NCBI RefSeq assembly: GCF_035594765.1
Contig: NW_026943819.1
Span: 1,426,001-1,490,000 of the forward strand
Reading direction: 5' to 3'
Origin: Anolis carolinensis
Lineage: Eukaryota
Length of the DNA stretch: 64,000 nt
Under the pieces are notes generated by a model. That model had not been told where the DNA came from and did not search any database. It saw only the letters and a program-made list of their open reading frames with translations. Position 1 is the first letter of the stretch. The number at the start of each line of letters is the position of its first letter. Positions 1 through 11,608 of this stretch are shown piece by piece. The position numbers and the translations under genes were made by a program.

Positions 1-296
1 TGACACGAAAAAAAAAAACCCCCTCAGTGGAAATGGAAGTCTCCTTTAGACCTCAGTGGAGGCAGATGCATGTTTGCATCAGACCTCAGTGGAGGTGGAT
101 GCATGTTGCTGTTTGGACTTCATAATAATAACAATAATACTTTATTTATACCCCACCACCATCTCCCCGCGGTGACTTGGGGCAGCTTACATTGTTACAA
201 AAGTAACAACACAAATACATTAGCACAATATACACAGGTTAAAACATAATAAGGTAATAAAACAAAGTTAAAACAAAAGTTAATACAACAATAATA

Positions 297-939
297 CAGT
301 AGAGTCTCACTTATCATATCATGATATTTTGGTGCTAAATTCGCAAATACAGTAATTACTGAACTACAGTAGAGTCTCACTTATCCAAGACTCGCTTATC
401 CAACGTTCTGGATTATCCAAGCCATTTTTGTAGTCAGTGTTTTCAATACATCGTGAAATTTTGGTGCTTAATTCATAAATATAACATAATGTTTTGGTGC
501 TTAATTTGTAAAATCACAACCTAATTTGATGATTAATAGTCTTTTCCTTAATCCCTCTTTATTATCCAAGAAATTTGCTTATCCAACATTCTGCCGGCCT
601 GTTTATGTTGGATAAGTGAGACTCTACTGTACTTTTTCAGTCAAATTTGTTGTATATTTGCAATTCTATATTTGTAGTTAATTTGTTACTAGCCAATGTT
701 TTTGTAGTCAATGTTTTCAATACATTGCAATGTTTGTTTTGGTGCTAAATTCATAAATACAGCAATTACTACACAACGTTACCATGTATTGATTTATCAA
801 TTCGTTGTACAACATGCTGCTTTGGTGCTTAATTTGTAAAATCACAACCTAATTTGATGTTTAATAGGCTTTTTTCTTAATTCCTCCTTTTTATCCAAGA
901 TATGAGCTTATCCAAGGTTCTGCCGGTGAGACTCTACTG
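297..939. mobile_element. Nested Tc1/mariner (Tigger/pogo-like) MITEs; inner copy 367-629
   Basis: TIR CAGTAGAGTCTCACTTATCC / GGATAAGTGAGACTCTACTG flanked by TA. Confidence 0.8.
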
Positions 940-1167
940 TAGTACTTATAAGTATAATAATAATGACAACTTATAAATACTATTTATACATAATAATAAT
1001 AATAAAACTGTATAAATAATACATACCTATAAATAATACTATGATTATACTATATAATGCAGATAAATAATAGTGTTACAAATAATAATAAATACCTATA
1101 AACAATAGTACTAATAAATAATAATAAACAATACTTATAATATAATGAAAATAAATAGTTATAAATA

Positions 1168-1488
1168 CAGTAGAGTCTCACTTATCTAAGACTCGCTTAT
1201 CCAACGTTCTGGATTATCCAACGCATTTTTGTAGTCAGTGTTTTCAATACATCGTGATATTTTGATGCTAAATTTGTAAATAAAGTAATTACAACATAAC
1301 ATGACTGCGTATTGAACTACTTTTTCTGTCAAATTTGTTGTATAACATGATGTTTTGGTGCTTAATTTGTAAAATCATAACCTAATAATGTTTGATAGGC
1401 TTTTCCTTAATCCCTCTTTATTATCCAACATATACACTTATCCAGGGTTCTGCTGGCCCGTTTATGTTGGATAAGTGAGACTCTACCG
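1168..1488. mobile_element. Tc1/mariner-type MITE (CAGTAGAG family)
   Basis: Both TIRs present, TA TSD. Confidence 0.85.
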
Positions 1489-1631
1489 TATGTTATTTTT
1501 CAAAGAAGACTTTGTTTTTTTAATCTCTGAGTGCATGTTTTAAACTAAGAGTTTTCAAGGGAGGGCCTATCTTTTGGGCAACTGCAATTTCAACTTTAAA
1601 GAAACAACCATCCTCTGCTAAACAGATAGAT

Positions 1632-2354
1632 ATTTCTGTCGTGGCCTGTCTTTGGTCCTCGGCAGTTCGAAGACATGGTTCTTCAGTCTAACCGCTGAGT
1701 GCCCTGTGTGCCATGGCATAAACGCTTATGAATATCACTTGTTCAGACTTCTAGCAAGGTCGTGTTTTTTTCCCCTTGGCGAGTGGTTTGCAAAAGGGGG
1801 GCATCCTGATGTTCATGGAGATTCGGATATGTGCCCAGAGACTGGCTACAGTTATTTCCCAATACAGTAGAGTCTCGCTTATTCAATATTCGCTTATCCA
1901 AGCTTCTGGATTATCCAACACAGTTTGCCTCCCACCCTGATCCACAGCTGTTTCTCTAGGCAGCGAGGACTGAACTTTTTATGGATTTAATTTCCAACAA
2001 TGTGGCTACTGTAAGGTCATTTAATGCAGTTCTGTCTTTATTTGTAGCCAATTTCTTAGTAACCAATGTTTTGTCAGTCAATGTTTTCAAAATACAGTAG
2101 AGTCTCACTTATCCAACATAAACGGGCCGGCAAAATATTTTTGTCGTGGCCTGTCTTTGGTCCTTGGCAGTTCGAAGACACGGTTCTTCAGTCTAACCGC
2201 CGAGTGCCCTGTGTGCCAGGGCATTAAACGCTTATGAATATCACATGTTCAAGGTAACAAGGTCGTGTTTTTTTTTTTCCCCCTTGGCGAGTGGTTTGCA
2301 AAAGGAGATTGGGATATGTGCCCTGAGAATACTGGCTACAGTTATTTTCCAATA
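1632..2354. repeat. ~220-bp direct duplication (1632-1864 and ~2138-2354) separated by MITE fragments
   Basis: TGTCGTGGCCTGTCTTTGGTCC...ACTGGCTACAGTTATTT(T/C)CCAATA occurs twice. Confidence 0.85.
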
Positions 2355-2399
2355 GTTTCTAATCAAAGGTTGAGTGGCTGTCTGTGGGGAGGGTTTTTG

Positions 2400-2720
2400 G
2401 CGGCCCCCTCCTCGGGCACTCACTCACCTGGCGAGGCGGAGAGGAGCAGCATCGGGAGCAGAGGGAAGCCGGCCATCCTTCCTTTTCTTCTTTCCTTCCT
2501 TCCTTCCTTCCCGGCCCTCACCCCATCCTCCGGCTTCCTCTGCGGCGGGAGAGGCTCGCAATGCGGCGCCGCGCGCCGTGGGACCCACGCGTGCCCCTGG
2601 CCCCGCCCACAGGCCCTTAGCCCCGCCCACAGGCCCCTAGGTGTGGGGTGAAGGTGGGCCGGACAAAAGGACGGCCCACGCGGGGCTTCAGGGCTCCTTC
2701 CTGGCTCCTCCTGCCAGACA
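2400..2720 (-). promoter_or_regulatory. CpG-island promoter with duplicated GC boxes
   Basis: CpG-dense segment; two CCCCGCCC (Sp1-type) boxes in a tandem duplication at ~2602 and ~2620, upstream of the ATG at 2476. Confidence 0.55.
2428..2476 (-). CDS. TMEM25: Probable first coding exon (signal peptide) of transmembrane protein 25; rest of gene presumably left of the window
   Basis: aggATGg Kozak at 2476; encodes MAGFPLLPMLLLSASP(G), a hydrophobic signal-like peptide; phase-1 donor CAG|GTGAGT at 2428/2427; lies in a CpG island. The identity rests mainly on synteny (KMT2A-TTC36-TMEM25 on the same strand); no downstream exon recognised in 1-2400. Confidence 0.5.
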
Positions 2721-2744
2721 GACAGAATTGTCGGGTTATCCATT

Positions 2745-3963
2745 CTCCTTGTCGATACAGGGAATGCCGTGGATGTAGCCTGTCTGGATTTCAGGAAGGC
2801 CTTCGACAAAGTCCCCCACGACCTTCTGGCAAGGAAACTAGTCAAATGTGGGCTAGACAAAACTACGGTTAGGTGGATCTGCAATTGGCTAAGCGAACGA
2901 ACCCAAAGGGTGCTCACCAATGCGTCGTCTTCATCATGGAAAGAAGTGACAAGTGGAGTGCCGCAGGGCTCCGTCCTGGGCCCGGTTCTGTTCAACATCT
3001 TTATTAACGACTTAGACGAAGGGTCAGAAGGCACGATCATCAAGTTTGCAGACGACACCAAACTGGGAGGGATAGCTAACACTCCAGAAGACAGGAGCAG
3101 AATTCAAAACGATCTTGACAGACTAGAGAGATGATTGGCCGAAACTAACAAAATGAAGTTCAACAGGGACAAATGCAAGAGACTTCACTTCGGCAGAAAA
3201 AATGGAAATCAAAGATACAGAATGGGGGACGATGCCTGGCTTGAGAGCAGTGTGTGCGAAAAAGACCTTGGAGTCCTCGTGGGGAGGAAGGTGAACATGA
3301 GCCAGGAATGTGATGCAGCAGCTAAAAAAGCCAACGGGATTCTGGCCTCATCAATAGGGGAATAGCGTCTAGATCCAGGGAAGTCCTGCTCCCCCTTATT
3401 CTATTCTGCCTTGGTCAGACCACTTTACCTGGAATCACACTGAGTCCAATTTTGGGCACCACAGTTGAAGGGAGATGTTGACAAGCTGGAAAGCGTCCAG
3501 AGGAGGGCGACTAAAATGATCAAAGGTCTGGAGAACAAGCCCTATGAGGAGCGGCTTAAAGAGCTGGGCATGTTTAGCCTGCAGAAGAGAAGGCTGAGAG
3601 GAGACATGATAGCCATGTACAAATACGTGGAGGGAAGTCATAGGGAGGAGGGAGGGAGCTTGTTTTCTGCTGCCCTGCAGACTAGGACACGGAACAATGG
3701 CTTCAAAATACAGGAAAGGAGATTCCACCTGAACATCAGGAAGAACTTCCTCACTGTGAGAAAGGCTGTTTGGCGGTGGAACTCTCTGCTGCAGAGTGTT
3801 GTGGAGGCTTCTTCTTTGGAGGCTTTGAAGCAGAGGCTGGATGGCCATCTGTCGGGGGTGCTTTGAATGCGATTTCCTGCTTCTTAGCAGGGGGCTGGAC
3901 TAGATGGCCCATGAGGTCTCTTCCAACTCTACTATTCTATGATATGATATGATTCTATGATTC
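2745..3963 (+). mobile_element. 5'-truncated, disrupted CR1 LINE (RT C-terminal half plus 3' UTR)
   Basis: RT motifs [32 protein letters not shown] and FADD; in-frame stop at 3132-3134 and frameshifts; ends in the (TTCTATGA)n CR1 tail. Confidence 0.93.
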
Positions 3964-3997
3964 TTGTGCACCAATGCACACATTTCCATAGATAGAT

Positions 3998-4131
3998 CAG
4001 CCATGGGCAAACTTGGGCCCTCCGGGCGTTTTGGACTCCAACTCCCACCATTCCTAACAGCCGGTAGGCTGTTAGGAATGGTGGGAGTTGGAGTCCAAAA
4101 CGCCCGGAGGGCCCAAGTTTGCCCATGCCTG
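3998..4131. mobile_element. Near-perfect palindromic hAT-like MITE (~134 bp)
   Basis: CAGCCATGGGCAAACTT...AAGTTTGCCCATGCCTG; almost the whole element folds back around a 4-nt loop (GGTA); no clear TSD; related fragments near 58390 and 61027. Confidence 0.75.
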
Positions 4132-4341
4132 TGTATGTGTCCTTTGCTTATATTATTATTATTATTATTATATTATTATTATATTATTATTGGAATGGAC
4201 TTTGCCTATGTGCCAATGCCTCTATGCATTACTGGAGTGCCCTTTGCCTATGTGCCACTGTCCCCATATATTACTGAAGTGAGCGTTGTCTATGTACTAA
4301 TGTCTCTCTCTATATTATTGGAATGTCCCTATACAGTATTG

Positions 4342-4767
4342 CAGGGGTCCCCAAACTTTTTAAACAGAGGGTCAGTTCACGGTCCCTCCAACCGTTGTAG
4401 GGCTGGATTGAAAAAAACCCCTATAAACAAATTCCTATGTACACTGCACATCTCTTATTTTGAAGTAAAAAAAACCAAACGGGAAAAAAATACAGCCTCT
4501 ATGTTAATCCCAATCATAATAAAAATAATATAGAGGGTTGGAAGAGACCCCTTAGGCCATTGAGTCCAACCCTCTTCTGCCTTTGTGCACCAAAAGCACA
4601 AGCAAAGCACCCCTGACAGATGGCCACCCAGCCTCAATGTTAATAATGATGATAATAATAATAATAATAATGCATCACACAGCCCTAAACGCTTGGGAAC
4701 TTGTGATTTGTGATACAAAATCCAGCATATATATCTCGTTTGCTGTGTTATACTGTGTCTTTGTGTC

Positions 4768-4806
<39 letters not shown>

Positions 4807-5044
4807 GATTGGAAGAGACCCCTTGGGCCATTGAGTCCAGCCCCCTTCTGCCTTTGTGCATCAAAAGCACTAGCAAAGCACCCCCTTGGTAATTAATTAA
4901 TTAATTATTAAATAATAATTAAAATACCATTATAAACAAGCAAAGCTCTGGAAGGTGCACACTGGGCAAGGGAGGAGGCGGGGGCTGGATAAATGGCTTC
5001 GATGGGCCATATGTGGCCCCCGGGCCTTAGCTTGGGGACCCCTG
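4342..5044 (+). mobile_element. Non-autonomous hAT element
   Basis: TIR CAGGGGTCCCCAA...TTGGGGACCCCTG; 8-bp TSD cagtattg/cactattg (1 mismatch); a second family member lies at 61565-62145. Confidence 0.85.
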
Positions 5045-5049
5045 CACTA

Positions 5050-7040
5050 TTGGAATGGCTTTTCCCTATGTGCCAATGTCCCTATACATTATTGGACTGG
5101 CCTTTTCCCTATGTGCCAATGTCCCTATACATTATTGGACTGGCCTTTTCCTATGTGCCAATGTCCCTATACATTATTGGACTGGCCTTTTCCTATGTGC
5201 CAATGTCCCTATACATTATTGGACTGGCCTTTCCCTATGTGCCAATGTCCCTATACATTATTGGACTGGCCTTTCCCTATGTGCCAATGTCCCTATACAT
5301 TATTGGACTGGCCTTTCCCTATGTGCCAATGTCCCTATACATTATTGGACTGGCCTTTCCCTATGTGCCAATGTCCCTATACATTATTGGACTGGCCTTT
5401 TCCTATGTGCCAATGTCCCTATACATTATTGGACTGGCCTTTCCCTATGTGCCAATGTCCCTATACATTATTGGACTGGCCTTTTCCTATGTGCCAATGT
5501 CCCTATACATTATTGGACTGGACTTTTCCTATGTGCCAATGTCCCTATACATTATTGGACTGGCCTTTCCCTATGTGCCAATGTCCCTATACATTATTGG
5601 ACTGGCCTTTCCCTATGTGCCAATGTCCCTATACATTATTGGACTGGCCTTTCCCTATGTGCCAATGTCCCTATACATTATTGGACTGGCCTTTTCCTAT
5701 GTGCCAATGTCCCTATACATTATTGGACTGGCCTTTTCCTATGTGCCAATGTCCCTATACATTATTGGACTGGCCTTTCCCTATGTGCCAATGTCCCTAT
5801 ACATTATTGGACTGGCCTTTCCCTATGTGCTAATGTCCCTATACATTATTGGACTGGCCTTTCCCTATGTGCCAATGTCCCTATACATTATTGGACTGGC
5901 CTTTCCCTATGTGCTAATGTCCCTATACATTATTGGACTGGCCTTTCCCTATGTGCCAATGTCCCTATACATTATTGGACTGGCCTTTTCCTATGTGCCA
6001 ATGTCCCTATACATTATTGGACTGGCCTTTTCCTATGTGCCAATGTCCCTATACATTATTGGACTGGCCTTTCCCTATGTGCCAATGTCCCTATACATTA
6101 TTGGACTGGCCTTTCCCTATGTGCCAATGTCCCTATACATTATTGGACTGGCCTTTCCCTATGTGCCAATGTCCCTATACATTATTGGACTGGCCTTTCC
6201 CTATGTGCCAATGTCCCTATACATTATTGGACTGGCCTTTTCCTATGTGCCAATGTCCCTATACATTATTGGACTGGCCTTTTCCTATGTGCCAATGTCC
6301 CTATACATTATTGGACTGGCCTTTTCCTATGTGCCAATGTCCCTATACATTATTGGACTGGCCTTTCCCTATGTGCCAATGTCCCTATACATTATTGGAC
6401 TGGCCTTTCCCTATGTGCTAATGTCCCTATACATTATTGGACTGGCTTTTCCCTATGTGCCAATGTCCCTATACATTATTGGACTGGCCTTTCCCTATGT
6501 GCCAATGTCCCTATACATTATTGGACTGGCTTTTCCCTATGTGCCAATGTCCCTATACATTATTGGACTGGCCTTTCCCTATGTGCCAATGTCCCTATAC
6601 ATTATTGGACTGGCCTTTTCCTATGTGCCAATGTCCTCAAATAGGATTGTAGTGCTCTTTGCTTATGTGCCATTGTCCCCATACATTATTGGAGTGCCAC
6701 TTGTTTATGTGCCAATGTCCCGTATTGTAATGTCCTTTACCTATGTGCCAATGTCCCCATACATTGTTGCCCTTTGCTTATGTGCCAGTGTCCCTATATA
6801 TTATTGGAGTGCCCTTTGCCTGTGTGGCGTTGCATGAATTCCTATATAGGACTGACCTCTGCCAATGTCCTCATATATTATTGGAATGGCCTTTCCCTAT
6901 GTGCCAAAGTCCTCAAATAGGATTGTAGTGCTCTTTACCTATGTGCCATTGTCCCCATACATTATTGGAGTGCCCTTTGCCAAGGTGTCAGTGTCCCTAT
7001 ATATTATTGGCATGGCCCTTGACCTATGTGCCAATGTTCC
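5050..7040. repeat. 42-bp minisatellite: ~38 near-identical units (5050-6635) plus degenerate flanking units
   Basis: Unit TTCCCTATGTGCCAATGTCCCTATACATTATTGGACTGGCCT; degenerate copies at 6635-7040 and 4185-4341. Confidence 0.97.
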
Positions 7041-7117
7041 TGCTCAGAGGTTCTGCCTTTCACCCCTGTGTTAACCATCATCATGAGCAGCAGCCAAGGA
7101 CTGGACGAGGCCTCTGT

Positions 7118-9543
7118 TTATTCAGCCAGGGTGCCATTGGGGAGGGGGCCTTCTTCCCTTTTGGGTGGTCCCTGCAGCTGCTTCATGACCTCGGAGAGCA
7201 TCCGGTTGCAGAGGGCGGCGTAGGGGTTCATCCGCACCAGCTGCTGCCGGGCAAAGGGGCTCCCCAGCCGGGCCGCCTCCGCAAAGTCCCCGCGGGCCGC
7301 TTCCTCCTGGCCGCGCCAGAGCCGGATCAGGCCCCGCTGCACAAAGCCCTGCCGGGCCGCCGGGCCGCTCCCTCCGCTCAGGCTCAGCGCGGCCTCCAGG
7401 TCCCGCAGGGCACCTTGGGGAGAGGAAGAGAGAGACCCGTGAGTGTCCGCACCGCATTGGCAAGACCGTTGCCGGATTAACCGAACCCACTTACCCTCAG
7501 TGTCGCCCTTGAGCCGCAGGGCCTGGGCCCGGTTGTTGTAGGCGGAGGCCCGCCCAGGGAGCAGCAGGATGGCCTCTCCAAAGGCCTCCAGGGCCGCCTC
7601 CAGGTCTCCGGCTTCTGCCCAAGCGACTCCTTGGACCTCCAGGTCGGTGGCCTGTTTCAGCAGGTCCGGGTCGAAGGCGCCTTCTGCTGCCCCAAGAGAA
7701 AGGAGAGAGAAAGGCTTGGTCAAAGGACTCCAGAGCTGGGCAGACGGGGTGCAAACATCCCCTCGAAACAGGGTACAAAAATACCCGGGAACCCTTGTAG
7801 ACTTGGGACTTTATTTGGACTTTACTTGAGAAGACTTTCTTGAGAGCGGTGCTCCATCATCATTTTCTTCATTCCAGTCTACAGCAACATGACCAACCGT
7901 CTGTTTACTTTGTTTGGAAGATAGTTTCATGATTATGTATCCCTGAAGCCTATATACATTGGAACCAATATCAGACTTGGATCACTTTTGTGTTAGAGCT
8001 GTTGCTCCTTTTCATTTTCTCTGGTACAGTAGAGTCTCACTTATCCAACACTCACTTATCCAACGTTCTGGATTATCCAACGCATTTTTGTAGTCAATGT
8101 TTTCAATATATCATGATATTTTGGTGCGAAATTCATAAATACAGTAATTACTACGTAGCATTACTGCGTATTGAACTACTTTTTCTGCCAGATTTGTTGT
8201 ATAACATGATGTTTTGTGCTTAATTTGTAAAATCATAACTTAATTTGATGTTTAATAGGCTTCTCTTTAATCCCTCTTTATTATCCAACATATACACTTA
8301 TCCAGGGTTCTGCTGGCCCGTTTATGTTGGATAAGTGAGACTCTACTGTACTACCAAATTGAGCTTTGTACGGGGAACTTTAATAATACTATATGCTATA
8401 ATATATAATATATATAATACTATATGCCCCAGTGGTGAAGTGCGTTAAAGCACTGAGCTGGAGACCGAAAGGTCCCAGGTTCAAACCCTGGGAGCGGTGT
8501 GAGTGCCTGCTGTTAGCCCCAGCTTCTGCCAACCTAGCAGTTCGAAAACGTGCCAATGTGAGTAGATCAATAGGTACCGCTCCGGCGGGAAGGTAACGGC
8601 ACTCCATGCAGTCATGCCAGTGGCCACATGACCTTGGAGGTGTCTACGGACAACGCTGGCTCTTCGGCTTAGAAATGGAGATGAGCACCAACCCCCAGTG
8701 TGTGAGTAGATCAATAGGTACCGCTCCGGCGGGAAGGTAACGGCGCTCCATGCAGTCATGCCAGTGGCCACATGACCTTGGAGGTGTCTACGGACAACGC
8801 TGGCTCTTCGGCTTAGAAATGGAGATGAGCACCAACCCCCAGTGTGTGAGTAGATCAATAGGTACCGCTCCGGCGGGAAGGTAACGGCACTCCATGCAGT
8901 CATGCCAGTGGCCACATGACCTTGGAGGTGTCTACGGACAACGCTGGCTCTTCGGCTTAGAAATGGAGATGAGCACCAACCCCCAGTGTGTGAGTAGATC
9001 AATAGGTACCGCTCCGGCGGGAAGGTAACGGCGCTCCATGCAGTCATGCCAGTGGCCACATGACCTTGGAGGTGTCTACGGACAACGCTGGCTCTTTGGC
9101 TTAGAAATGGAGATGAGCACCAACCCCCAGAGTCAGACATGACTGGACTTAACGTCAGAGGAAACCTTACCTTTTACTATGCTATTTGGACATATTTTCT
9201 TTGTACATAGACCATCTTGTGTTTGTGTACTTTTCAAGTATTCTGGGATTTTGTATAGCAGAGGGGATGCAAAGCCAGGTCTTGCACGTTAAGGTACATG
9301 GCCAAGTTGCAGTGGGATCAGGGTATGTGACCCAGAGCAAGAGGCCTCAGTTCCCACTTCCCTTGTGCCGTAGCCTCCGCTTTGCAAAGGAGACCACGCT
9401 GGGTTCCCACAGCCCTGGATCTGGACCAGCTCACCTTCTTCCCCTGCGGCATCTGGCTCTTCGTCCTCGGACTCCTCCTCGTCGAAGGGGGTGTTGGGGT
9501 GCAGGATGCTCTGCAGGACGGCCCTGTCCTTGGCGCTGGCCAT
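7118..9543 (-). CDS. TTC36: Tetratricopeptide repeat protein 36, 3 exons, ~198 aa
   Basis: Exons 9543-9435, 7686-7495, 7413-7118 with GT-AG boundaries, total 597 nt in frame. Motifs [29 protein letters not shown] (TPR) and [17 protein letters not shown]. Lies downstream of KMT2A as in other amniotes. Confidence 0.93.
8027..8348. mobile_element. Tc1/mariner-type MITE in TTC36 intron 1
   Basis: Both TIRs, TA TSD. Confidence 0.85.
8426..9177 (+). mobile_element. Sauria SINE with 4x144-bp internal tandem amplification
   Basis: tRNA-like head (B box GGTTCAAACC), ACCTT-type tail; repeat units start at 8557, 8701, 8845 and 8989. Confidence 0.85.
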
Positions 9544-9765
9544 GGCGGAGCCCAGGTGAGAGGAGACAGGCAGGAGCTGGGCAAACAGAGGGAGGAGGCC
9601 ACCCTTCCCCAAAGTGGCCAATGGCAGGAGGGGGCAAGGCCGGGCCCCACCTCCTCAGGCCTGGACTCGGTGGGTGTTCACATCCGTGTCTGCAAGGGCC
9701 AGACTTTGGACCCTCTCCAAAGGCTGGGGAAGATCCTCCTCTTTTGGAAGTCCACACAGCGACAT

Positions 9766-10165
9766 TGTAGGAGACTAGCCCGGAGGGGAAGGAAAGGAGA
9801 GAATTCCAGGAGAGCAAAAAAACAAGCCTTTTATTGTTATCTCAGCTGATGATAAGGCAAAACAGCCGTAGGCACCCACTTCAGTGGGTCCGTATTATGC
9901 AATTGGCCGTTGCAACATGTGAGTAGCAAACAAAGAATTTTATATCTCAGCTTATCTAAATTTGACCAATGGCTGAGGGTCTTCCTCACCTTCCACACCT
10001 ACTTGGCATAAGTGATACCAATGACCCAACTTGTTGATTTCAAGCTAACTTTTGGTCTTGGAACATTCTGGAGAAAGGCACCAGCTCACAGGAAGGCAGG
10101 GGCATATGCACAGGCAAAGCGACATAGGCAATAGTTTACTATTTTTCTGGCTTATGGTCCTTACA
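9766..10165 (-). mobile_element. Solo LTR upstream of TTC36
   Basis: TG...CA termini; 4-bp TSD ACAT (9762-9765 and 10166-10169); minus-strand TATAAAA at 9944-9938 followed by AATAAA at 9835-9830. Confidence 0.72.
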
Positions 10166-10197
10166 ACATAGGGATGAATTACCTTGTGCTAGCAGAA

Positions 10198-10450
10198 GCA
10201 GCTGTGGCACAATGGGTTAAACCCTTGTGCCGGCTGAACTGCTGGCCTTAAGGTTGGGTTGCTGACCAGAAGGTTGGAGATTCGAATCTGCAAGGCTGGG
10301 TGAGCTCCCGTCTGTCAGCTCTAGCTTGCAGGGACATGAGAGAAGCCTCCCAGGAGGATGGTAACACATCCGGTTGTCCCCTGGGCAATGTCTCTGTAGA
10401 AGGCCAATTCTCTCGCACCAGAAGCGACTTGCAGTACACTCTCAAGTCAC
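10198..10450 (+). mobile_element. tRNA-derived SINE (Anolis SINE2-like)
   Basis: TGGCACAATGGGTTAAACCCTTGTGCC head with B-box-like GATTCGAATC; inverted relative at 43100-43370. Confidence 0.7.
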
Positions 10451-10528
10451 TCCAGTGTGGACTGCATCTGTCCCCCCCAAAATCAACAAACGCAAAGACC
10501 AGCCTGTGAAGCAATAAACTTGGACATG

Positions 10529-10534
10529 TTTATT
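10529..10534 (-). terminator. Probable KMT2A polyadenylation signal (3' UTR ~2.3 kb)
   Basis: AATAAA on the minus strand at the end of an AU-rich distal UTR, followed by a GU/U-rich sequence. Confidence 0.6.
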
Positions 10535-11608
10535 TAATTAAACTATCACTTAAATAAAAAAGTGCATAGAAAATAAACATGTTTAAAAACTCCTTTTTTT
10601 TGTACAACTATATACACTTTTGTCTTTTTTTAATTTTTTACATTCAGTCTTTCAGTCATTCCTCAAACTATTATTTTTTTGTGTGAAAAGTACTTTCCTT
10701 CCTCCCTGCGGCGAAGGGCAGGGAATTAACACTGATGCAGCACGAGACGTGTTTCCTCTTTTGAGAAAATAAAATAAAAACCCCAAAAAACAAGAAATCC
10801 CCAAAACAGTTTGGAAGAACACAAGAAAGGAGAAGAAGAAAAAAGAGCAATTGCTTGTACATGATAAGTTGTATTTGAACGGAAGGAACCCTGTGATGCG
10901 GAGCGGTTTTTTTTGCGCGGCGGGAGACAGTAACGATTTCATGACCGGCGGCTATCGAGAGACGGGACACCACGAACGCCGAAGCTGCGGGGACACGGCA
11001 CGGTTGTTTCACGCCATCGACGGGACCCAAGGGACGGAAGGAGAGGCAAAGGCTCTCGACAAGGCTCCTCGCTCTGCACCGAAGGGCCAAAAGCCCCCGG
11101 ATCGACTCCCCACAAAGCCCTTTGCCTGCCTCCGGAGACACTGGGACACGGCTGTTGTTTCTAAAAGTGTTAAAGAGAATTCCAAGCCAGGCTTCAAGAC
11201 ACGGCAGCGGCGGCGGCAGCGGCGGAGGATGATGAGTATTAGTTCCTATATATATACCATTATTTATAACTGCAAGGGTTGCAAGTGAGTGAGGAAGAAG
11301 GGGCCGCAGAGGGCAGCCCGGCAACGGTCAGTCCATGATTCTGCGCAAGAGAGGAACCCGGTATTGCTTTGCCGCAAACGGAGGTTGGGGAAGGAGGAAG
11401 AGGTTGCAGCCCAGCCCTTTTGCAGCAGCGAGGGACCCGCCTGGCCTTTGCGGAAAGAAACCCCGCGAGAGGTAAAGCCTCATTATCATCATCATGATTG
11501 TGGTCAGTTCTGGTTGAATGTGAGGTTTGACGGAAGCCTATCCCAAAAGAGCTGCTCAGTGGTTCACTAACCAACTGGCCACTCAGGGCAGCAACAGCCA
11601 GGAAGCAT

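Noticed and set aside
2745-3866. Functional reverse transcriptase gene
   Set aside because: 5'-truncated CR1 with a stop and frameshifts
4955-6837. Long ORFs (292-614 aa) or a CRISPR-like array
   Set aside because: Pure 42-bp tandem repeat with no spacers; the unit is a multiple of 3 and stop-poor, so all three plus frames are largely open; vertebrate context and no cas genes
8426-8500. tRNA gene (also at ~10200)
   Set aside because: A/B-box-like head continues into SINE body and tail; no complete cloverleaf
8481-9140. 219-aa repeat protein
   Set aside because: Antisense reading of the 144-bp SINE repeat
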